A stretch of DNA of 64,000 nucleotides from Acanthaster planci (GCF_001949145.1 NW_019091362.1:894427-958426), one strand, 5' to 3'; positions 38,642 through 53,422 are shown, numbered from the stretch's first letter. Made by a program: numbers and translations. Notes: generated by a model from the letters alone, not told the origin.

Positions 38642-39489
38642 TAGTAGGGCCCAAGTTATTTGTCCACAGTTTGATATTAATTTAAGAAAACCAGAGCTGA
38701 TGAGGCAAGTCCTATGAGAGAATGTCCAGTCATGGAGAACTGCAAAATGGGGGGAAGGCGCACATCACTTCGGTCAAGGCTTGTGCCCCTGCTCCTAATT
38801 TCCTGCATTTACCTGTGCGAACCAGTTTGGTATTGTTCATTGCGAAACCAGTGAATTTGAGAAGCACAAAGTACTCTGCAAATTTTGACCAAGTTATGCA
38901 ATAAACAATATCATAAGCAATAATTGAAGCATTTGTCTTAACCCCCCCAAGACAAATTCATTCTCCTTTCTCAGGAGGAAATATAGACTTTCCTGCACTA
39001 GACACGAGATCACAGGATTCACGATTGTGCGGTGTTAATTAATAATGTGCAGCCCGGGATAAACTACCAAAAGAGAACAGAAGTTCTTGTTTTAGCGCTT
39101 AAAGTAGAGAGAGGGCGCTATTGCATTTTCTCACTCTTCCAAATTTGAGGCCGACAGGTTTGGACAACCAAATAATGTGCGTACTGCAGCTTTTTCTCAA
39201 TGCAGAGAACAAGGGTGTGTTGGAGCGCCCCCATATGGCAAGATATTGTCAATAGCGTCAGCTGAAGGATACTTATGGCTTTAATACTAAAACAATTTTA
39301 TTTTGAGAATTTTATTTTATTGTGAGAACTTGTCTACTTTTCCGTGATAAGTTAGCATTATATTCCATATTTCGTTGATACATTATTATTGAAATCTATG
39401 TTTCCGATTTAAGTTGAACCCTGTTATAAGAATGCCCTTGGGACTTTTCAAAATAACCTTGTTTTAACAGATACCTTGTGTGGTCAGTA

Positions 39490-39560
39490 ATGGAAAACAA
39501 AGATTTGGCACCCGTGTTTTCCTTATGGAAAACAAAACTTGGCACCCGTGCTTTCCTTAT
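39490..39560. repeat. Two-copy ~35-bp tandem duplication
   Basis: ATGGAAAACAAA..TTGGCACCCGTG.TTTCCTTAT occurs twice. Confidence 0.85.
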
Positions 39561-42500
39561 TTGTGTTCGACCGTATATTACTTGTCATTATGCATGTGTT
39601 TCTTTGTTAAGTTTTGGTTGGTTTTTTTTTTCACGAAGAAGGTGTCACTCAAGTCTATATTCCACAAACTTTATGCACTTGAGTTTCGTGTTATTGCCTG
39701 TTAATTCAGTTTGTAAACATGAAATTGTGAGGATTAAAATGTTATTATCAGTCAATTATTCCGCCGCAGCTATGGATGTTTAAGGTATCAAACAAGATCA
39801 GCTATAAATTATCAGCATTAACAGGCGTGCCCTGTATTCTTAGAAAGCGTTAAGGCTTTTTTTCTACATGTGACAGTGATAGATGAGTAAAGCGTTGAGG
39901 TCCATCCGGCATTCTCAGCGAAAGTGTTTCTCTGCGCTGGATGTGTCTTATGCCGTAAATACCAGGCTCATTTCTGTTCTCAGCCATGGAGGCCAAGCCG
40001 CATAGTGTTTCAGCGCATGTCATGATGGTCCCGCGGTACAGTCCAAAGAAAACTGCATTTGAAACGACCCCAAAAAGCATACTGCATTTGAAACGACCAT
40101 GAAAAAGCGTCTTCGCAGGCCAGGACAAACAGAAATTAGATTTTTTTCTTCCAAGGTCCAAAGGTCAAGAGCGCAGGGAATATGACAGTTCCTTCAGCGC
40201 GTCACTACTGGTAGAGTACTTACACACGAACCAAGCACAGCTTGATCAAGTGAATTGCAGTCATTTTTTACAATAACATAAACTCGTTGATTAACTCAGC
40301 TTTGCTATTGATACTACAAGCAGATATTGTTAGTGAGCATTGTACATGTAAAATCCAGTCACAGGCCAACTGTCATGGCTATACGTGAGGTTAAGTTTTA
40401 AACTCGACCAAAATGGTAGTGTCTTGGTGTTGTATTTTGGAAAAAGAACAATTAAAGCTTTGCCGATTTTCCGATTGAATTTACATCTATACGTCTCAAT
40501 GGGGAGAGAAAGCTATTTAAGGTGCAGTTTCGTCAAATCTCTGATGGGTGGCAGGCCTTTGGCAGATGATAGAATCAAGTGGTCGATTCCGTTGACTGAA
40601 GTCCCAAAAGTTCACATAGGCCCCTACTTCGTGCTAAAATAACCTGACTACCACCTTATACAAGTTAAAACACTTGCAGGCGCGGCCTACATCGAGCGGA
40701 ACCTGGCTTTATGAGTACTGAATTACATAAATGTGACGTCATCATTAACCTCAGGTAAAAGCATTTGCCTGTTGATAATTGGTATAAGCCTCACGATCAG
40801 CCCGGGAATTGTATCTGTAGGTGTTGAAACCTGCCGAATTTGGGCAGTACGTCTCCGGTAAACATATCCATTTCTTCCTCTGAGAGCTTTCCTGGAGTAC
40901 GTGCGCAGAATTAGATGACTTGACGCGCCTTGTTTACATCTTACCGGGTACCCTCGGAACAGCGTTCCTCTATCCCTGTATCTTATGTCTTATTGCCGCG
41001 GGCGCCTTTTCGTCGAGTTTGTTACCCCCCCCTAAAAAAATGCTTTCTGCTCCTCCAAGCCATCCCGTGGGTTTGGGGGACAAGCCCCCTTATCAATTTG
41101 CGGGAGCCAAGCCCTCGACTGTAGTCAGACCCAGTGGACTTCAGTATTGCATAGGCCGACAACATCAGACACATTTATTGCAGTACTTTAGACGCCATTT
41201 TGACTTTACTATGCATCATCCGACTAAAAAAAAAAGAAATTCAATAAGCCTACACCTTTCAAGAGAGTGGTTATTACAATAATATATTAATTTTATGGTC
41301 TTGTCCCTTTTTCTCAATGTCCCATTCCATTAAATGTGACATATTTCTTTGTTACAAGTAATAGTTTAATTATAGTGATGTTTAAATTGAACTTGCCACA
41401 GAAAGAAAATAAATCAAAAGTAGACCTAAATGAAAATTTACGCATTTTTTTAAGTCCTAGTAATCTGTCCTATAAAAAATCGCATCAAGGCAAGTTACAT
41501 TTATGAAAAGCATTTAAGGTAGATATTTTGGAGAAATTTCAAGTATGTTCGTCATTCAACCAGGATACCGTCATTCCCAACAGCGATTTCATTATCTTTT
41601 TCAAATTCTAATAAGTTGAGCTTGAGAAGCGCGAGGACGGTTCTAACTTAGCATGCTCCAACTTGGTTTCCCTTAGAAACGTCTTTAACCCATAAGTTTA
41701 GTGCAGCTGCTTCTGGCTCAAATTTGTCGCACATGGCAAGTTGATTCAGTCTTCAATACAATTAGGGGACAATATTCACTGGCATACCCGGTCAAGAACT
41801 TGGTCGTGATGTGATGTGTCTGGGAATGCGGCCAAGTTGAGTACTCAGTGCGCGAGGGCCGCTTTGCAATTTCCTCGCAGGATTCTGTAGATAGACGATC
41901 GGATGTGATGGGCAGAATTCACCCACCACCTTTTATGAGTAACGTGTCTCCAGTAACAAAGAGGGAAGAGGAACTATTGATGCAACCTCGTTTCTCTGTC
42001 GCGATTAAAATTCCTCAAAAAGGGGACCCCACTATATATTACTTTGACGCTGCCTCCTCTGGGTTCATTCGTAAGTTTGGGTTACAAAGTACATGTATCT
42101 CGGAGGCATTTTCAATGAATACGATTTATCTAATATTTGAGTAATTCGTGTCACTTATTTCTTTCCATCGGAGAAATTGTGCTTTATGGTAATGTGATTT
42201 CATCGGGAAAAAATGGCACTGGGAAGCTTTAACATTGCCCCCCCCCAGCGGACGATGCAGTACCAATACAATGATGTCGGCCGAATCGTTGATGGAATCA
42301 TGAAACGGCAGTTTGCCAGCTGTGTATAGTTTCGTGCTCCAAAGAGGCAAAGGCTGACGAGTCTGTCATATTGATAAGGTTGAGGATGAAAACACCGCTG
42401 TGGTGGTGTGAACAGATCAATACAATCATTCGGCCTCATGAGACAACAGGTTTTGCTGAAGGCGACAAACTCTAGGAGAAACTACGAGGACCGTACCGTC

Positions 42501-44154
42501 TACATATCGGTTTAACCGGGGGGATTTCCTTAGGGTCGGAAGAGGCAGAAACGGGCTCTTCCCTACAAATCGATAGCTTCCTTTGTGAGTCACACAAAAT
42601 GAAAACAGCGGGGTGTATCGTACCTAGAGTTGACGGTGTGAGGTGGAGAACTTTTTTTCTCGATACCGTCAAGGAAAGAGCTTGTTATGAGATCGAGCGC
42701 TTTATATTACTTGGTTCGAGAAACTCCGGTCTTTCATCAGCCTACAAAAGGCTTACCTGGTTGTTTAATTTCACCAACACTACATCTGGCTTAATTTTAT
42801 GACTTGAAAACCACAACGACTATCATATTATACATTTACTCCATATTGCCTCCCGTGTTGCTAACTACGAATAGATCTGGAAAAACGCAATCGGGGCCTG
42901 GCTTTGTTTGGCAAATAATGGGAGGCCCTCATATCAAATAACACTACCTGTACACCTCAAAGAAATTTAAACAGTGACCCCACGATTTAATTGCGTATCA
43001 TACACTGTACAAGTAAGAGTCCAACCCAAAACGAAGATACCCCCTCGAGAAGAATCACCCCCTCATCAGTCGAAAAGAGTCGTTTTGATTGGGAGTGTTC
43101 ATTTTGTTGGCAGTTGTTAGTTCGTGAACTAGCGACGTTCAGTTCCGACCAAAGGAGCCTCTGTTCTGTTGCTAAGAAATTTGCGCACTCCCTTCTGCCA
43201 GCTCGAGACTCGTACCTCTTTAATTGAGGTGTATGATGTTCTAATTTGATCAACCGCTATTCCAACCAGAGTTGGTACTCATGCACAGACGGTTCACGAC
43301 ACAAAATGGAGCTCAACGTCTATATCCAAAATAAAGGCTTGTGGCTCTTGCAATTATATGCAGTATTGATCCAAAACTGCAATGTTTCATAAGGCAACAG
43401 ATGTCATCAAACCTTGGGATTGACACATATGTTGAATGTGTAGACATGAGGTCATGTCGAATCTCCATATTATCCGCACATACTCGAGCTGTAAATACAT
43501 GCACATGTACAACACACGTTCCTGGCGACACCGTGACTCGCCATGAACTGCTTTGTACGTCCAAAAACCTCGTTCTCACAAATGTTGCACGCCAACATGA
43601 AGCGGGACCACTTCTCTTTGCAGTGTGCAAAGGACTTCATGTCAATGCAGTTTAGGTTTACTTCATCACACACAAAGCTCATCAGCCATGGCCGACGAGC
43701 GAGCCAAATTCAATCCCGGGCGGCACTAACGGAAGAAAAGGTTAGTTAGGATGCCAGCTGCGCTGCCGATTGCCTCTAATTACTTGGAGAGGCTGATGAG
43801 TGAAACATAAGGTTGAGACACCCGTAAAGTTGAAATCGAGACACATAAGTTCGTTAGCAGAGCAGTGATTTGTTTTTCGCCTTGATAATAATCATCGTCT
43901 ACCGTGCTCTAAAACACTTTACCTGCTCATGCAGCTGCAGTTAATGATAAAATATCCAATACGTCATTATTTTTTCCTATTAAAGCCGGTGAATCAGAAT
44001 ACAGAACGACAAAGGGAAACTCTTGGACGCTTGTGAGAGGTTTGTGAGAGATTAGACTTGGAGGATGTTACGGAAAATACCACGGAAAAAATGTGCTTTT
44101 GATATTTTATTAAACACACACGAAAGTTTTTTTTATCTGTACTAAGTTAACTGA

Positions 44155-44285
44155 ATATCTTATAGCTTAGTTGGTAGAGTACCGGTACGGTATTCCACAG
44201 GTCACAGATTCAAATCCCGCTCCAGTCAGTTTATTTGTTCATCTTTGTAATCATTTGTAAGCGCCTAGTCAGTTTCCCTATATAA
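44155..44285 (+). mobile_element. Degenerate tRNA-derived repeat
   Basis: A box TAGCTTAGTTGG (44163-44174) and a decayed B box AGATTCAAATCC. The cloverleaf is not intact. Confidence 0.55.
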
Positions 44286-45393
44286 CTTGTTTCATATTTT
44301 GCTTTCATTTAGTTTACACTTCTTTGGGGTTTCCAGAGGAATATAAACTGATAAAATAGTCACTGATTTATATTTTGTGACGGAATTTTATGGAGGGCGT
44401 GAGGGTCACTCAGCTCCGCCAACTAGAGTTGACCATTCAGTTGCTAAGTCGTAACAAAACGATCCCAAAACTGAAATACAATGTAGTATTTACCAGTTAT
44501 GGTATCTGTGATGCTTTTCGACCTTCGAGCCTTGTTCAAATGCCACGCGTGACGTGGTAGGGGAAAAAAGAAACAAATCAGGGGTCTTTAGGGGAAATCC
44601 TAATGACAGGCACATCTGTCCAGTTCATCCGTATAACCGTCTGACTAAGACAGGCATCTCCATATCTTCATCAGCGTGTCATTTGATGCATCCTTATTGT
44701 GATAAGATCCAGTCTGGTTCTCACAGCACCCAGATGCGGGTATGGTTTTCACTGTGTCCTTTTCTTCACTTTACAGAGAATAACGCCGTGGAGGGGGATA
44801 TCACAAATATACAGCGCAATATTATTTGTACTTTTCAGAAAACTATATACTGTCCTTTACTTCTTCGGAAGTCGAGAGGAGATGTATAGTTCAGAGGCTT
44901 TTCTGTTCAAATTGTGATCCAAGAATTTACTCACTGAAAACATTTAAGAGAAAGGACTGATGCATGCGGATTGCTATGCCTATAAACCACGATGTATCAG
45001 CATAGAAGAGAAAGCTGACTCCAGCACAATCTACAAATGCCCGACTATTTGTGTACAAACCAATGCAACATTCAGGCTTCTTCCTGAGATGATATCACAG
45101 TTTTGCTCATGAATATGGAAATCTCATTATCATAAAAACTAAAAAGGCAGTGAAATACCCTTTGAAATAGTGAACCAAAATTGAAAATAAAGTTAACTGT
45201 GTCACAGAGGCGCATTTTGAAGGTCTGCATTCAAACAAATTGATTGTAGCTACGCTTTAAAAATTGGATAACCATTTCATACAAAATTGAGCCCAACCGA
45301 CTCAAAAACGCCACTGAATGTTGTCATAAACTCTTAATAACCATTCATTGACCATTCATTGTCGGCGGGAAACAACTAGACGCTAAAAGGCCA

Positions 45394-45417
45394 CAATCAA
45401 TCAATCAATCAATCAAT
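45394..45417. repeat. (CAAT)6 microsatellite
   Basis: Directly visible. Confidence 0.95.
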
Positions 45418-46585
45418 TCCAATATAATTTTTCTCGCATATCCAGTTCATGTAAAGATTGTAAAATATATCTCAAGCCAGTGGAAATCGATTCCTGGTGG
45501 TTCTCGCTGCAATTTAACGGTAAAGGTGAGAGATAACAGAGTGAAGTGTTTGGTATTAAAAAATACAAAACGTTATTTGATCTCAAAATGACGAAAATGA
45601 GAGCAAAAGCTGGCATTCCTTTTGAAATTTTAAAGTAAGCAATATTAAAGTAATCAAAAGGGGAAACTAATTCGCGCAAAACTAAGCTCATTCTGATTCC
45701 AAAAAAATCCAAGGTATCCCTGTTATGCGCGACGAGGCCTATCCAAAAAAAAAAGAGAGAGAGATGAACAACCTAGGTCATCAGACATCAGAATACGAAA
45801 GCCACCCGGATAAGGAGGAAGAGTTCGCCTTAAATCTATCCTCAGGAAACGACTCAATCTGTGTTGACAAGCTCTCTACACCGCAGATCCAGCAAGCTTA
45901 GTGTTCATTCTTACAACTGGAGCAGACACATCTGAGCTGTCACCATGGACGGTCGAGGTGGCGTGAAAGCCATCGGTTGAAAAAAAAAAGAGTGTATCGA
46001 CTGTCTGCCTGGATCGATCACGACATGGACAAGGATGGATGCAGTCAGTCTTTGGTGGACCCCAAAAGATAACATTTGTTCTTGGCTAGGATATCTGAAA
46101 TAACACATGGCGTCATCAGCCCATGGGGGCTACACACGAACAGGCTGCGTCCATAATTATCAAAAGGAAAAAAGTGTTTGTGCACAATGTACACAATGCA
46201 TGCATAAATACTGTATGGTGAATTAATTTAAGTGGAAAATAATACATGAAGGCCCCGACGGGGGAAACAAATCAGTGTTCAAAGGACTAGGCAGCGATTG
46301 ATAATACAATGATCAGAATTAACTATGAGGTCCTGAAGTTGAACGAACGTTTAGAAAGGCGCTCTCCTTTAGAATCTTATTTTTACTCCGGCTGGCATCC
46401 ATTTATCCGGAGGGATAAAGTGAATTGGCTGCCGTTGCCGACAATATACTTTTTTTCTGTCTTCAACAATGACGCTTCCAACTGTGAATGCTTTTGTTTC
46501 TTGCCCCGCACTTTCTTTCCTTTTTTTTTTTTTTTACAGATTATTATGTTCTTTTCTTTAGAGGTAAAGGCGATGAAGTTAAGGG

Positions 46586-46599
46586 GTTGCCATGGCAAC
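46586..46599. promoter_or_regulatory. Perfect RFX X-box motif GTTGCCATGGCAAC
   Basis: Exact palindromic RFX consensus inside a 16-bp perfect palindrome (46585-46600). Function untested. Confidence 0.55.
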
Positions 46600-47066
46600 C
46601 GAAGTTGCGTGTAAGTCCGAGATGTGATTGAGATCCCGCAGAGGAGTGTCTCCCTGAAGTCCCTGCAGGACTCCCTGATCTCATCTGATAAGTCCTCGAT
46701 AGGGAAGAGAGGAAATTGTCCAAAAGGGAAAGACGATCGCTTCAGATCTTAACGTCACAAAAGCCTCGGAAAGGCCGTTCCCTGGCTTCATGTCTAACAT
46801 TAAGAGCCGTCCATATTTATTGTGGTAAAACTAGCTTTTTATTTGTAGATATGCAACATATAATGAAATTTACAAAATGACTTTTCAAAGATAATACACA
46901 AAATCAGTGAAACATGTTAGTTTCGTTGTTTTTTACCACTGGTGGTTGATAATCCTCCGAGACGAGGGATGCTAACAGCACAGTCAGGAGTTCAAAAAAT
47001 GAGGAAGGGTGGCCATGTTAGAAGAAAGTTCCAGAAGAGGCAATAAATCTCACTAGAAAGCCTTAC

Positions 47067-47110
47067 CTGATCACCGTTTAGGGCTAACCCACTTAGTGAA
47101 ACTGGGAAAA
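47067..47110 (-). other. Candidate small internal exon (44 nt, or 35 nt from a second AG); only open frame is phase 1 in, phase 0 out (xFPVSLSGLALNGDQ)
   Basis: Strong acceptor ttttcttgctttttcatctctctgtag| and donor CAG|GTAAGG. Confidence 0.4.
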
Positions 47111-50100
47111 CTACAGAGAGATGAAAAAGCAAGAAAATCACCCAAATTTCAAGCTTTTGGATAGAATGAAACAAAACTACTATGAAGCTGTGAACAGGAA
47201 AATACAACACGCGAACTGAATAATTCAGTAAGGGAATAATTCATAAATGCAAATCCTTTGAGGCAATCACTGCGCGCAGCAGGCTACCTGCTGCGTGAAT
47301 GCTAATCGTTAGAGCCAAAATCAAGGGCTTAGGCCATGCAGCTATTCAGGGTAGATCAAAACCCATAGTTTCCAGTTGCCAAACTTGTTTCGGGCCAAAG
47401 ATTTTGGCCTATTATGTTCTTTCTGGGGATTGGGGTTACTTTGGGGACTTTTTAAGCTTTTGGGGAAGAAAGCGAAATGAACTAGAGCAAAATTTGGCTT
47501 TCTCTCATTAATTTTTTTCATTGTTTGGCTCTTTTTTGGGGGGGGGAGTTCATGACCCCCTGTTGGTCCCTCCCCCAGATCCGCATTTGATTAAGACCTC
47601 CACTTCCTAGCATTTTGGCCAAATTGGTCGAAACGTCTTCTCTGTTGATAATATTATTTTTGCTATCAAGCCGCCAGAAAAAAATAAAAAAATAAAAAAT
47701 GATAAGCCTCGTAAAACGCACGGTGAACGGCGGTCGTTGTGAACGATGGTGAATCGACTCGCATGCTAGACTTTTTTCAAGCACTACATATGCCGCACGA
47801 GACAAAAATTCAACTATCGCAGCGATCGCCTTGACTGAAGGCTGTCCAACTCGTGGCCGAATACTTGTATACATGATTTTCAAGTGATCCGTGCTGCCTG
47901 AGGGACCTATAATAAGACTTTTTAATTTCTGGGAGTGAAGAGATCCGGTCCTGATTCGAGCTCTTGTGGCTGCGTATGGAGAGGGATCCACTCCGTTGAA
48001 TTCATTCCCTTCCACCCAAAAGGTGTGCTGAATAATTTCCAAGACATGGTACAATTCGTTTTGCTTAATTTATGTATGACGCCGCAATCTAGCTTGTGAG
48101 GGGAAATGTAAACGGTGTTTGCAGAGCCGTTTTCAGTGTGGGCCACGAAGTAAAAGCCCACTTGACGTGGACCGATGTTTCAAATCTCCTGCAGTTTTCA
48201 CCATCATTAGTTCCTCCCTTGCACGTTAAAAACTGAACTGAAACCCCCCTGAAAAACTTTAAATTCGACTGTGAAGAGGGTAGCCGGTCTGTTAAGCAAA
48301 CTTATGTCTACGAAAATTTAAAAGTTCGGTTTCTGATGTTTCTTTTGAAGTGGAATGTCGGAGGTTTTCGTCGGTTATACATTAAAAGCTAGGAAAGACC
48401 ATTTTATGGAGAGACACTACAATCGTGCAGATAGAACCAGAATTTTCGAAAGAGCACAAAGACAGAGTGAAGTCCTTCTAAAAAAGAAAGGATCTCAGAA
48501 ATCTATTTTTTGAGAGCTGTACTATACTGCAACATTTATAGTCATTCTGATACTAAGACTATTCTGAAACTATTGTGATAGTCTCCAGTCACCTAGAGTG
48601 TTTTTTTACGTAATTGACCACGAAAGAGAGCAATCATTCAAGTTCAGATTACTTGATCCTTGCATGCACTTAAAAATGGATTAAACATCTGAGATGAATG
48701 TAGGCTACTGTAAAATGATGCATGGAAGCCTGAATCGGGGCTGTCTTCTTCATTGGAATTCGCTGGAATTGATGTCGTGCCTAACAAAGAACGGGTCAAA
48801 GTCGCCAGCACGAGGTCTGGTTTCTTGACGTATTTACTACCCGGCTGACATGCAGGAGTTTCAGTGTCGTCAGAATGACGTGAATTATGTGCGCTACAAG
48901 ACCCTCAGTCATTCAACATTTTTAAATGGTTTATGGACAGGCAAATCCCAATATTACTTTCCTCTTAGGAAAATTACTTCATTCTTGTATGAATTAATGC
49001 AACTTGTGGATTTTGTTTATAATCGTAACAATGAGAAAACAAACGAACCGCAAACATAGGACGCAAACGTCATGCGCAAGTTGTTTTAACACAAAGTGTC
49101 AACATAAACAACGTTACTGTTAACATACCATTCAGCCAGACTAAAGCTCCTTCTTTACCTAGTTAAGTAAAAGAAAATTAAAGCACAACTTAATGATTTT
49201 GAAATGTTCGTGGAATTTTGCACTCTTAGCATTATCACTTTAAAAAACAACGCTATTTAAGTCCCACAGCGAGAAAATTTAGAACAGTGTGTACAAGGCT
49301 GAACAAAAATTACAGCTTTACTTTCTTAAGGGACCACTATGAATTCATGCAGCGTGGAAAATTGGCGCCTGTTTAGATAGCTCTTTGTGAAATTGTGATT
49401 AGACATGCAAATGAGGCTGTCATTCGATGGAATCGTTCGAGCCGATCGCGCCTCGGGACAGAGCAAGACAGGCGTTTTTCTCCCCGATCAGAGGGGCCAA
49501 TTATCGAGGCGCCCCACATATAACATGGCGCGCAAGCCGTTAACAGCCTCCAAGATTCCATCCACACTTTCCAAGCACGTTGCTAAGATGCGGTCCTAAT
49601 TAAATTGTCTCCCCTGGAAGCACGTTCGTGTTCGCCCATGACAATCTAGTACTTTGAAGAGAAAACCTCTGTAACGTTGCGTGAATGCTTTATTTGGGTA
49701 CACATCACGACCAGTGCATTGTCCTTTTTTCTTGTGGACAAAAATGACCCAATTTAGTAAAGCATATTTCTCATCCTCAAGACTTAGTTGCACTATTACT
49801 ATGGTATTACGATGTAACAATATACAAACTTCCTTTTAATACTAAGTCATTGCTAACAATATTAATGCCGTTTCGGTTTACGTATTGTAAATGTTGAGTT
49901 ACAAGTATAGTGATAATGTTGTCCACTTTTCAGATAAAAAGTGCAAGGAAAATGTATTATCCATTCGTGAATATACATCGTTTTGTCTTTTGGATAAAGT
50001 CAACTATGGAGCTTAAGTACTGGCCCTATCGAAGTACCACGGATGACTAAGATCTCCATGAAGTATCAACTGCATGGTTGGTGACAATTTGAAATTTGAA

Positions 50101-53100
50101 CCCGCCTAAAACTAGTGATATCACCACGGGTTCTTCTGCACCTTCCGTTACCTGGGTTACTGGCAATGTAAAACATACAGTTTCATGTTTGAATAACAAT
50201 ATCAGAATTCGAGTAATCGTTAAATATTTGCATCTAATTAACTTCAATGGTTCAGTGGTTTTACTGGCAAAATAGTGTACGCAGCATGTTGTTACAAGGT
50301 CTTTTTTCATTCAAACTAAATGCACCAGTGGGGGGAACCAGCCAAGTGTTATATCTAAACTACCAGCATATTTTACGGAAATATAAAACGAACCGTGGGG
50401 GTCAACAATAATTTTATATCTGCACACATGGTCTGCATTAGAACAAACAAGGCCCTATTTTGTATACACAGAAGTTCATACAAAGCAACATAAAGCCACA
50501 TGTGGCTGCCCCGTGCATTTTGTACATGGGTGTACAATTACAGGGTACATGCAATACTTTATCAGTGACAAGTCTCTGCATGTGGTACGTTGTTCATCAA
50601 TGAACATTGCTATCTACTTGCGATAGCCGTTTCAAGAATGAAAGCGCCTGGTGTATTATAATAAGCAATCGCCAGCGGTTCGTTAGGGGATAAAACCGAA
50701 CATCGGGAAACGGCAACCAAGAATGAAAACTCAAAGCACTGAGTGGTCGGAAATGTAAGTTGTTGATGAGGAAGGACAGCCACCAACGGAGAGCTCAAGA
50801 AATTAGCTATGCAGCAGAGAATGGTAAAAGATCATGTGCAGCCAATCAAGTGCTGTTATGTCCACTGGACACGCTACAGTCACAAAAACCGAAGTCTACA
50901 CATTTCTGTCACACTTTCACGCCTATACTTTGTAGGCCTGCATAATGTGCCACTGACCCTCTGCTCGTTGAAAATAGATAGCTATTTGATTAATGCAAAA
51001 TAACCGACACGCGGGGTGGTATTCAAGGCTATGCTGGCGGAATGGCTTGTCGTTGCACCTGACACAAATCATTTATGCACTCCATTTTCCCCTAATTGAT
51101 TGAATATTGATGCGACGGATATCTACAGGTTGGCATTCATAAGTAATTGATGCAAACACATGGATCAATATGTAAACATTTGTAGTTTTCACTATTGCTT
51201 AGATTGCACAATCACTGTTTAACTTTTTAATGTTATAAAGAACGATAGCTACAAGATAAATATCCTCCGGATCATGGATCTGTGAAAGTAAAAAAATTCT
51301 TACAACATATCAATCACATCCTTCAATCTTTGTTAAGCATTTATCTGAACAAATAATTATATTTTGGTTTAGTGATTCGCGTCTGTCCTTTCGCCAATCC
51401 TTCCTCCTCACACGCAGCAGCGCAGCATCAAATTTGTCACGTCTCTCTCTCAAACACTTCAGACATCCCTGCCTCGGTTCAGTCCCAAGCAAACACTGCA
51501 GCTGTGACAAGAGGTTAGAGTCTTAGAAATAACTTCTTCCAAGCCAGTTTCAATATCGACGCTGCAGGGTTGATTTTCTACACGATGTATCCTTATAGCG
51601 CAGATAATCGAGCCAGCGGGGGAGGCAGCTCAGATGAGGATGGGACGATGAAAGAAAATAGCGGGACGTTTCTTCGCCCACAATCGTCGTGAATTCAAAG
51701 TGGGAGAGTAACCCAAGGCTACGGCATTTATTATCCCACTACAGAGGATGCTAATAGCTTAGACTATGAAGAGACAGTGCCAGAAATGAACAACAAAGGC
51801 CAATGGACCTGTCAGTGTGATTTGCAATGACGTTCACAAATATAATACATTGAAAAGTTTGCTATTTACTCAGTAGAACTCCCTACCTTTCCTACTGATA
51901 TGGTCCCATGCTGGATTTGCCACTCAAAATTACACTCCCAATATAATACATCTACTATATGCGAGAGCCTAAGAGCACTAATGGTGCTCACTCCGTAATT
52001 TGGAGTAGATAAATCTGGCCAGCGCAGACAAAACAGCATCATTTAATTTTTAAGTCAGAAACTAAGGCAAATATTATGGGATTTTGTACATAGCGACGGT
52101 TACCAGCCATTACACATGCCCTAATCAGTCACTTATTTAGGGGGAACATCGCTTGCGCGCCAAAACAGCCGTTCGCGAGCGGGAGCAAGACTAATCTTGT
52201 TGAAAAAAAGAGAGCATCCGTGCGTGCAATGCTGTAATGTGGCTCCTCAAGTTATGAATGATTTAGTTTTCGGTGCCTCAACCGCTAGCACTTCATTCTG
52301 TCGGTCTTTGTCTACGGAGGGAGAGTGACATACGAGAGGGGACGGCGGTGATAAATCGACGGCACTCGGTGATGCGGTTGCTTGCCCCAAAGGATGCGGC
52401 GACATCTGACTGATGAGACACGACTATTAGAATAGCGAGGAAGGAGTGTAAACATAGGAGCTGAACGTGTAAACCTCATTCTGAACAGAAGGGGATAAAT
52501 AAACAGTCTACCTCAACGTCTTCTTTGAGGCATTGCATCTCCTTCCCGCAGTAATCAGAAGTATTGGACAACTTGAAAGGCGCGACGGGACAAGCGGTGC
52601 TCAATGATTGAACTGTACTAATTGAAATCAAGACGAAATTGATAATCAAAGTCTTAATCTTTTCAGCACAGGAAATTCCATATTTCCAAATGTTCCGTCA
52701 TAGTATATACCTATCATTCACAAAACATATAGGCCTACGTATGCTAAGTTAATTGCATTCTGTGCCGTTTGTAAATGAATGATGATACTGGGGTTTTTTT
52801 GTCACAGCACATGATGCTCTTAAGCTGCAACACAAAAGTGGGAATCGAACAAGGTGATATTAAAATGTCTAACATGTTCCCAGCCTCATTACGCATGCAA
52901 GACAATGATCATAATCCACAAGAAAACACGAAGTATGTAGTTCAGGAAGGACACACTGCGCAACTCATGTTATGAGATGATATCGCTCCCACTGACATTA
53001 CACATCAACAGTAGCCAATTACAGGCTTGAGCTTCGTTGTCATTATACGGCTGCAATGGATTCATCAAGCTCGCGGTCCTCACTGATTATAAAAAGACAA

Positions 53101-53422
53101 CAAAAATGGGACTACTTTACTCCATGCTTATACCTCAAACTTGGCCCTCATTTCTGGCCACAATCTTGGGCTCATAATTGCTGACTCTAAATTCTTGATT
53201 GTACAGGATATGCCTTAGTGTTGGTCCCATTATTCTAATGCAAAGAAACATCTAGTCGAAGCTGCGGTTTAAGAAGTGCCCCGCAATTTAGAACTGCCTC
53301 AAAATCCAGCATCGCAGATATTTCAGTGTGTATTTTTTTATACGGTAAAAAGTTGGTTTCCACATGTCAAATAGACTAAAGATGTGTATCAGATTTTGTC
53401 AGATCACGGGTAAGATGATCAA

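Noticed and set aside
46540..46563. Plus-strand 24-nt microexon after a long T tract
   Set aside because: The acceptor is just a poly-T run and I found no other plus-strand exons to support a gene.
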